This document shows positions 26,134 to 35,173 of a stretch of 64,000 bases of DNA, in pieces. The position numbers and the translations under genes are program-made. Under the pieces are notes generated by a model. It saw only the letters and a list, made by a program, of their open reading frames with translations. It was not told the DNA's origin and made no database searches. Position 1 is the first letter of the stretch, and the number at the start of each line of letters is the position of its first letter. Source of the DNA: Macrostomum lignano. Taxonomy: Eukaryota. The DNA is taken from contig NIVC01003688.1 of assembly GCA_002269645.1 (NCBI GenBank), positions 18,725 through 82,724 of the forward strand, in the 5' to 3' direction.

Positions 26134-26859
26134 GCGTATACTATAGGGCCTAGTCTTACAAAACGAGTAGGCCTAGATCAAAAAATTCCAAAAATGCGTG
26201 TAGGGGCGAAAATCAAGCTTAGTGGCGCAAAAAATGCGTATAGGCGTATAGCGGCGAAAAATCAAGCTTAGGCCTTAGGAACTTAGGGCCATTATGGGCG
26301 CAAAAAAGTGTTTGGGGCGAAAAATCAAGTTTAGGGGCGCAAACTTTAGGTTTTTGGAGGCGCAATATGTTCTGTCAGGCTATTTTGTAGAGGGGGGGGC
26401 GAACCTGCGTATCCGCCCCTGCGTATGTAGGGCCTAGGTTAGGCTTACTTAAAAACCTGAAACCTTAAAAAACGTGAGTGATAAATTATTGAATGAAACA
26501 GGTGTGGTGAAGCAAACACGCAAACTTTTGCATTCAAATTTTTTTAGAATCTTCACAGATAATAACAGCTTCTAAAGAAGCTCAGTTGTATGCGCACAGT
26601 AATTAAAGTTTGTCACATGCTTATTCTTTCTATTTTGCTTTAATGTTGTTTTGTTTTATTAGCCCTGTGTTTAATTATTTTCAAAAAAACATTTTCATAC
26701 GGTCGCATTATTTACTACTACTACTGCAATTGGCAAGTACTGCGATATTTTGTGCCGAAGTTGTAACCAAATACATTTCCTATTTAATAGTGAGATAGGC
26801 CTTAATTTAAGCCTATTCTTGTAAACAAAAAGTCAAGTTTTACTGGGAGTGGCAGAACG

Positions 26860-29800
26860 ATGTCATATGCAAAGGGTCGCGTTTTGCACATCAGGAATTT
26901 GTCCAATCGAGCTGTGTAAGTTTTTGTCATGTCATTAAATTAATTGTTGTGCTATGGTAGCCCCTATGGGTTATTATTTAGTTAGGCCTATAATAAACCT
27001 ATAAGTAAGACATTCATTCTCTCTTATGTTGCTTTTTGCAGTGGCAATTGGGCCATTGGCATAAAAAGTCTTTTCACCTAGTTGGATAGGCCTACCAGTC
27101 ATTTTGGTGACAAGTCATTTTGGTGACAGACAATTCGGTGACAAATAGTCATTTTGGTGACAAAGAGTGGTCGTTTCAGTGACAAAGAGTAGACGTTTCA
27201 GTGACAAATAAAGTTTGTTTCATAATATTAGTTTGTAGTTATTTTGTATATCTATAATATACATATACTATATGTATAATTTATAATCTTTGTTAATATC
27301 CATGTATAAGTGTCTAGCTTTTATACAGACCCTTAAAGAGTGGATGTTTCAATGACAAATGAAAGACTTGGTAAGAGATCTTTTTATCAAGTTAGTTTTT
27401 AGCTTGTACAAGCTAGTTTTCAATTATTTTGTGTTTATTTAACAAAGCCCAAAAGGAGCAGATAAGTGGTACATATACATAAAGCACTTGCGATGAAATT
27501 ATAAATACTATAAAGGCTCAAAAGCTCAAAAGGAATGGTATAATGATGGATCCAAATATTCAGATTCGGATTCCGAATCCAAAGAAAAGTCTCACTTTTT
27601 TAGAAATCCGAATGTTTCAGATTTGGAAATTTTATTTTCCGAATTTCCTAATGTGCTTCCAAATATGAAAAAAAAATTCAAAACAAAATTATGCTAATGT
27701 AAAAGAAATACAACTTTTTGAAAAGAAAGTCCATTAAAAAATAGGAATGCAAAAATTAGTATAATATCTTTCATTTTTACAATTGTCTGTTTTTGCAGTA
27801 ACATATATTATAAAAAAGTGTTATTAAGTAAAGTTAATTAACTTCGTAACCTTTGAGGCATTCAACCTAAAGTTGCAGAAACATTTAATCGCAGTAATCA
27901 TTGTTTAAGTGTAATCATTACATTTTTCAAAATGCAAATGCAATGGACTTTATGTGCACTAAATTATACACAGTAACTTAGTTATCATATTAAATTGCAC
28001 AAATATAGCAAGAACGGAGGCAGGACACTAAATTTGACTTTGAGCCTTTACTGGCCAATCGCGCGCTTGCATAGCTCACCGCTTACAAGGCACACTCTAA
28101 AGCATAGCCAGTAACAGTTCAAGCCATGATTCAGCATTTATTGGACTCACCATCAAGCTAAGGCAATGAAATTTAACTGATATAAAGTTACGAATATAAA
28201 GTATTAAGCAAAACAAAAATATACGAGTATTAATACATTGCAATGCAATTACTTTGCTTTACTTAACACCCGCCTCAAGTTGGCACCAATTTAAATTACA
28301 AAATTAAGGTGTACTACACAAACGTAATATCAGTTAGTATTAGTAATTGGAATTAGTTAGATTAGATATATAAGTTTTGAGTTTAAGTCTAGTTTAATTC
28401 AATTCAGATACTAGATAGATATAGTATAAGCCTGAGATTAGATTGAATCTTATCAGTAAATTAATGTATAGCGCTAATACGATTACTAATTAGATGACAA
28501 GGCATTTTTGTCACTAAAAGGTGTCATATTTACTCTCGCTGTGTACCTTTTACTTTTGTCTACATTCAAAAACACATTCAGATATTTGGATTCGGATTCA
28601 GAATTTGTTTGTACATTCGGATTTGGTTTTGGCAACTCTCAAAAATCTACATTTGGTCCATCAATAGAATGTTATATGTACACCACACTCAGAAAGGTGT
28701 ACATTATAGTGGAAAATTCTGGCACATATAAAAAAAATGTGCACAAAGCAGCGTATACAGTGTACAACAAAGGCTTAGCAGAAGTTTTTAGTGCACAGTG
28801 GCATATAGCAAAACCTGATCAGAAAAATTTAGCTTACAATGAATCACTTAAATGTATAATCTGCATATGCAGTGCATAAAATATGCTTTAAGATCAAAGC
28901 ATATTCTGCTTAAAGGAGCAGGATATGAACATAAAGCACTTGCATTGAACTTATATTGTAAAGAAACAAAGCTCAAAAAGAGCAGTACATATACATAAAC
29001 TGATAAAGCACTTGCATTGAAATTATAAATACTATAAAGGCACATAGCTCAAAAGGAGCGGTATATGTACATAAAGTGCTTGCATTGAAATTATAAAGTT
29101 CAGAAGTTTAGAAAGCACTTAGTTAGCTAGATTGTCTATTATCCACTGGCACCTGAAACAGCAGCAGGGGCACGCACAGTCTGCCGCAAGCCCACAGCAA
29201 ATGCATGGCAGTCATATTGCTGTCCTGATACTTGCCCTAGAGCTCAAATATTTGGCCTTGCATGTCTCTGTATTGACGCCTCTGGATGCATTTTAGTGCC
29301 CTCTGTGAGAGCATTTGTGCCTGCAAAGGTGCAGCACTTGAATGAGCAGGTAAAATTGGATATTGCTGCATTGAGCTCAGTGTTGAAGGTGACAGCTTAG
29401 CCAATTCCCATATAATCCTTGACATCTCAATGAATCCCCATGATGTCAAAATGTCCTAATGTTATAGAATCTACTAATATAGAACATTCTTAAAGTTGAT
29501 AAATGCATTATGATAGCTTTTCTCTCATTAGTAATTTTAGTCATAATTTAATTCAACATTTATAATAACTTGTTTTAATGAAGATAAGACTATACATAAT
29601 TTGTGCTAATTAAAAAATAGTTTAACTAAATAAATTTATTTTATAACCTTATTGCTTTCAAATATCAAATTACAGTTTCCAAAAAATTTCCCCTTAATTT
29701 TTGGATTTTGTCATATTTATATTATATATATTGCTACATTTCATACATAATATGAGCCATAAGCCCACAATCCCTAACACTCTTGACTCTACAGACTCAA

Positions 29801-32179
29801 ACTTCTCAGTTTGAGAAGCACTTTCCTTCTAAAGCTTTCGCAAATCTTAATACACCCCTTTATCTATGAGCCACAACATCAATACTCAACTCTTGACTTA
29901 GCAAATGATCAATTAGGTGCATCAAATGGAGTGTTAGGATTTGGGTTATAAATTGCTTTATACTAGATGTCAAAGTTCTGTTACTTTGTGTTTAAATTTC
30001 AAACTTTTCTTATTGTAATTTACATATTTGAAATGATATTTGGCTCAATTTATTTGATATCATTAATCCGCAGGCAAGATGATCTCCGTCGTGCCTTCTC
30101 CAAGTTTGGCTACATCACGGATATAACCATTCCATTGGACTACTACACCGGCCGAATGAAAGGGTATGCATTTGTAGAATATCCTTTTTCTATAAGTTTA
30201 ATTCATTTTTTAGTAATGTACTCGTTTCAGTTCAATAATTTTGCCTGGCTGGTTTACAATATACGCATTTTTATATCTTGTAGGCTCTGCATTGCAGTTG
30301 TCTGTTTTGTTGTAAATTAATAACCTAATCAACTTTAAATATCTGCAGGAAACTATTCTGAAAACCAACCAACCAATCAGTCAATCAGTCCTATCACTAA
30401 GACCTATTCAATCCTGTCTCTGGACTAAAGCCAATGCACACTAACCAGCAACCGGTGTTTCAACACTGAGTTCGACTGACAGCCAGACTGTCAACTGTCA
30501 GCTTGCTTGAAGTTGCAGACACGGCCCTAGCCAAAGCCCTAGTCCTAAAAGCAACTGCTGTCATCCAAGGCCAACAACAGCCAAGCAATTGTGTCTAATC
30601 AGTCAGTCAGTCAGCCAATTTAAATTTCTAAGCGAGGCACTCGTTACCTGTTTTTTGTAAAAGATTTCACTAGCTGGATTTCTAATCTGAGTAGCAAACT
30701 GATAATTTCCCCAGATCGATACATAAAATATCTGTTGGGAAATCCATTGGTTGCTACAGCTGTCTTTGAAATTTAAGCTAGTGAAATTATTTTTTTCTTA
30801 TCTTATTTATACTTCGACGCCCAATCTGCACTACTTACTGATCGGCAGTAGGTAAGCTAGGAAGTTTTTCGTTTTATTTTCTGTGTCAACCTAAAAAAAC
30901 TTGAAAAATTCCTTAACTCGATAAATCTTCTCGTCGTGGGCTTAACCGCGATTCGATTGAATTTAAAAACAATCGTTTACGTTCGACCGCACGAGCGACG
31001 CCCGCGAAGCTATCCGCCGGATGGACCGAACCCAGCTGCTGGGCCGGACTATTGAAATTGAGATTGCCCGCGGCTACAGGCGCACCCCTGCAGAGATGAT
31101 GCGCATACAGAAGGAACGCGACCATATGGATCATCGGCGCGAACGGGACGACCGGGACAGGGACCGTGGTCGCGACCGGGACAGGGACCGAGACCGTAGG
31201 GATCGTAGGGACAGGAGGTGAGAGTTGAGAGTCTTGTCGATTAGAACAGAGGTCGAGAGAGAAATGAAAAGTTAATGCGAAACTTGGGAATGGAGTGGTT
31301 CAGAAGCATAAATCTGTTTATACGAGTATGATAGAAAGTGGTATAATTACAGGTCGAAATTGGTAGAAATACAGGCAGTAATTCGTAAAATTGTAGGTAG
31401 AAATTACTAAAATTACAGGTAAAAGAGGTAAAAATACAGATAGAAAATGGTAGACTAACATGTAAAAAATGGTAGACTAACAGGTAGCAAATGGCAGACT
31501 AACATGTAGAAAATGGTAGACTAACATGTAGAAAATGGTAGACTAACATGTAGAAAATGGTAGACTAACAGGTAGCAAATGGTAGAATTACAGGGAAATG
31601 TGGTAGAATTACAGGTGGGAGAGGTAGAACTACGGGTAGGAAGTGGTAGAAGGAATGTAATTCCCCTTCCAGCACAGCCGCCGACGCACCCCACCCCCCC
31701 CCCTACCTGCGCAGCCGCTCGCCGCGTTCCCGCGTCGCAGCTCCGGGCGCGGCCGTCGATCGTCTCGCTCGCCAGCTGGCAGCGGCAGCCGAGGCGGCGG
31801 AGGCGATGACCGCGAATCTCGGCATCATCGCGGCAGCGACCGTGGCGACCGTGACCGCAGCGACCGCGGCGACCGTGACCGCAGCGACCGCGGCGACCGT
31901 GACCGCAGCGACCGAGACCGCAGCAGACGACGTGACGCCACCGACGAGAACGGAGGCGGCGAAGATAATAGGCGTCGCCGAGCTTCATCGGGCTCTCCGC
32001 CGCCTCAGCATCGCTCGCCATCGCCGATGGCACCGCTGCCGCCAGCTTCAGGCCGCGACAACTACGACGACGAGGACAATGATCGCCGTGGCGCCGCTTC
32101 GATGTCGCGCTCGCCGTCGCACTCTCGTTCGCCGTCTCATTCTCGTTCGCGCTCGCGCTCTCGCTCCGGTTCGCGCTGA
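26860..32179 (+). CDS. SRSF10: SR splicing factor of the SRSF10/SRSF12 type (one RRM plus RD/RS region), 4 exons, 299 aa
   Basis: Exons 26860-26915, 30074-30178, 30981-31217, 31678-32179 (900 nt). MSYAKGRVLHIRNLSNRAV-QDDLRRAFSKFGYITDITIPLDYYTGRMKGYAFVE-FDRTSDAREAIRRMDRTQLLGRTIEIEIARGYRRTPAEM aligns without gaps with the SRSF10 RRM (PLDFYT..RGFAYVQFEDVRDAEDA..LD....GR.IEI.FA.GDRKTP..M); ends SRSPSHSRSRSRSRSGSR. Confidence 0.88.
30179..30980 (+). other. U12-type (minor spliceosome) AT-AC intron
   Basis: 5' end ATATCCTTT at 30179; 3' end TTTAC at 30980; TTCCTTAAC at 30909-30917 and GCTTAAC at about 30940-30946; removal restores GA|G (Glu) and an ungapped RRM. Confidence 0.88.
31395..31630. repeat. 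Degenerate about 22-bp minisatellite (AAAATGGTAGACTAACATGTAG) in SR-gene intron 3
   Basis: Direct inspection. Confidence 0.75.
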
Positions 32180-32309
32180 GTGCCTGGATTCTTCGAACTT
32201 TTGTCGTTTAGTTTGTAACTGACCTGCGGGGCTTGTGGCTGCTTTTACAGGAATTTAAACTGAATTTTTTAATGTTTGCTGTTTATATCTCAAAGTTTTA
32301 TAGTAGGCT

Positions 32310-32850
32310 GTCAGACTGTCAGAGTGAGATTCCAGACGGTCAGTGTGAGATTCCAAACTGTCAGGGTGAGATTCCAAACCGTCAGGGTGAGATTCCAGGC
32401 TGTCAGTGTGAGATTCCAAACTGTCAGGCTGAGATTCCAGACTGTTATCTGTTGAAGTGAGATTCCAAACTGTCAGGGTGAGATTCCAAACTGTTATCTG
32501 TTGAAGTGAGATTCCAAACTGTCAGGGTGAGATTCCAAACTGTCAGGGTGAGATTCCAAACTGTCAGGGTGAGATTCCAAACTGTCAGGGTGAGATTCCA
32601 AACTGTCAGGGTGAGATTCCAAACTGTCAGGGTGAGATTCCAAACTGTCAGGGTGAGATTCCAAACTGTCAGGGTGAGATTCCAAACTGTCAGAGTGAGA
32701 TTCCAAACTGTCAGGGTGAGATTCCAAACTTTCAGGGTGAGATTCCAGACTGTCAGGCTGAGATTCCAGACTGTTAAAGTGAGAATCCAGATTGTCAGAG
32801 TGAGATTCCACTGTCAGATTGAGATTCCACTGTCAGATTGAGATTCCGAA
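32310..32850. repeat. 21-bp minisatellite GTGAGATTCCAAACTGTCAGG just 3' of the SR-gene stop codon
   Basis: Direct inspection; source of the VRVRFQT and SHPDSLE ORFs. Confidence 0.95.
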
Positions 32851-33720
32851 CTGTCTAGAGTAAGATTTCGAACTATCGGGCTTAAGTTTTGAGTCTTAAA
32901 TTTAAAAAACCTTAATACTAATTGTTAAGCCAGAGCCCTGTGTGAACATTGTTTAATAAATACATCAAACTGCTGGCAATGTACTGATTCATTACCTGCA
33001 GACATTCTGCACTAACTAAGCCAACTGGAATGGACATTTTTGTTGTAAAACTTCAAACACCGACTCTGCGTATAGCAACCGAAACGCCACTAATCCGCCG
33101 GTTTTTACCTGCAAGCACTCATTTTGTTCTGTTTTTGTAACTAATTAATAATAGTTCTGTTTGTCATTTTTTGTATCCAAAAACTAGCAAAACGTAAATA
33201 TTGGCCAATATGCGTGTGTCTATAGCTACTATTATTTATTTAGCTGTTGTCATGGCAACAATGAATACCCGCCGGCCTAAGCTTATCGTATGTTGGTCTT
33301 GCGTTGCACAGTTTCACCGGTTTTTATTCACATAATAATAATTAATAATCATATAGTAAGTGCAACCTAGCAGCTAATTATTTATACACTGTGTTCTAAC
33401 GTTCGCTTTCCTTACTCTAGTGTTTTAATCTGATAATTAATGCTCTACTATAAAAATAAACCATCTGTTTTAAAGGAAGAACCAAAAAAGTAATATCTCA
33501 AACACAGTTGTTGGAAATTTTTTAGTAATATTTGATTTTTTTGTTACTTTACTTTAATTAGTGTATATGCGATATATGCGTATTGGTATAAAATATCATT
33601 CGAGGTAAAGTTGTTACGGATTGATACAAAATTCGCAAATTTTACTGCTTAATAAGATATTAGCATAATTTAATATGTCCCTAATCAGATGAGCTGATGC
33701 CAGCTGATTTTTACATATTA

Positions 33721-34585
33721 GGGGACAGGGGTGCTAGAGGAGGACAGAGGTCTAGAGGGGGACAGGGGTGCTAGAGGGTGACAGGGGTGCTAGAGGGTGA
33801 CAGGGGTGCTAGAGGGTGACAGGGTTGCTAGAGGGGGATAGAGGTGCTAGAGGGGGAACAAGGGGTGCTAGAGGAGGACGGGGATGCTAGAGGGGACAGG
33901 GGTGCTAGAGGGGGATAGAGGTGCTAGAGGAGGACAGGGGTGCTAGAGGAGGACGGGGATGCTAGAGGGGACAGGGGTGCTAGAGGGGGATAGAGGTGCT
34001 AGAGGAGGACGGGTGCTAGAGGGGGACAGGGGTGCTAGAGGGGGACAGAGGTCTAGAGGGGGACAGGGGTGCTAGAGGGTGACAGGGGTGCTAGAGGGTG
34101 ACAGGGTTGCTAGAGGGGATAGAGGTGCTAGAGGGGGAACAAGGGGTGCTAGAGGAGGACGGGGATGCTAGAGGGGACAGGGGTGCTAGAGGGGATAGAG
34201 GTGCTAGAGGAGGACGGGTGCTAGAGGGGGACAGGGGTGCTAGAGGGGGACAGAGGTCTAGAGGGGGACAGGGGTGCTAGAGGGTGACAGGGGTGCTAGA
34301 GGGTGACAGGGTTGCTAGAGGGGGATAGAGGTGCTAGAGGGGGAACAAGGGGTGCTAGAGGAGGACGGGGATGCTAGAGGGGACAGGGGTGCTAGAGGGG
34401 GATAGAGGTGCTAGAGGAGGACAGGGGTGCTAGAGGAGGACGGGGATGCTAGAGGGGACAGGGGTGCTAGAGGGGGATAGAGGTGCTAGAGGAGGACGGG
34501 TGCTAGAGGGGGACAGGGGTGCTAGAGGGGGACAGGGGTGCTAGAGGGGGACAGGGGTGCTAGAGGGGGAACAAGGGGTCAGGGG
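33721..34585. repeat. G-rich about 20-bp minisatellite (GGGGACAGGGGTGCTAGAGG) with higher-order repetition
   Basis: The same order of variant units (GTCTAGAG, GGTTGCTAG, GGAACAAG, GGATGCTAG) recurs three times. Confidence 0.92.
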
Positions 34586-34678
34586 GTAGAGACGACACGT
34601 GCTAGGATAGGATGGGATGTCCAGTGCAGTCATGCAGTCAGTTAGCAATAAGTAATACAGCAGCAACATGCTGGAATC

Positions 34679-34856
34679 CTATAGCCAGGTATTTTCATCT
34701 CCCTGAGCCGAATTGGGCACGGGCAGTTGCACGCTTAGACGGAAATCGCACCGGGCGCTTCCGGCTCCGTTCCGGTGTCGACCAGGTTCCGGTGTGGGTG
34801 GCCGAGGTTCACAGCTGATGCTGGGGCTGCTGCTGTAGCAACAGCTGATGGAGCTG
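34679..34856 (-). CDS. Candidate extra terminal exon of the PHLPP-like gene
   Basis: Good acceptor TTCTACCTTCTCAG at 34857; one frame ends ...GDENTWL* (34679), the other ...PGAISV*; possible donor GG|GTAATT near 35180. Which frame is used cannot be resolved. Confidence 0.4.
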
Positions 34857-35173
34857 CTGAGAAGGTAGAAAATTGAATTCTTATTTAGAAGCGCGATATC
34901 TCTAATCATTAAAACTTAATTTTTTGCATTTCCACCAGTTCTCTACTTTAACCGGCCTCTTTAAGCTAATCCAGGACAATCTTGCATTCAATGAATTACA
35001 GTTTTGCTTTTTAAAAAACGCGCCGGGTTTTAAGAACGCGCGCCCCTCATGCTAAAGCCCCTGGTGCGGGCGCCCCTGGCTAAAGCCCCAAAAGGATGCG
35101 CCATCCCCATCAAAATATCCCACAATAGCTAGCTACACCCCTTGCCCTAAGTGAGAATCGAAACGCCATCAAC

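Noticed and set aside
27100-28640. Short GTCATTTTGGTGACA repeats and TTCGGATT(C/T)GG motifs suggesting DNA-transposon ends
   Set aside because: Termini and TSD could not be defined by eye.
29140-29450. GC-richer island and 70-aa minus-strand ORF in SR-gene intron 1
   Set aside because: No domain recognised; probably a decayed repeat.
29967-30320. Single-exon 117-aa RRM-fragment ORF ending ...FVEYPFSISLIHF
   Set aside because: Read-through of flanking introns; the YPF codons are the ATATCCTTT U12 donor.
31521-32222. Alternative ORFs over the RS exon (31521..32033 minus; 31579..31809 and 31806..32222 plus)
   Set aside because: Shadow frames of a GC-rich low-complexity exon; the RS/RD frame ending at 32179 fits the gene.
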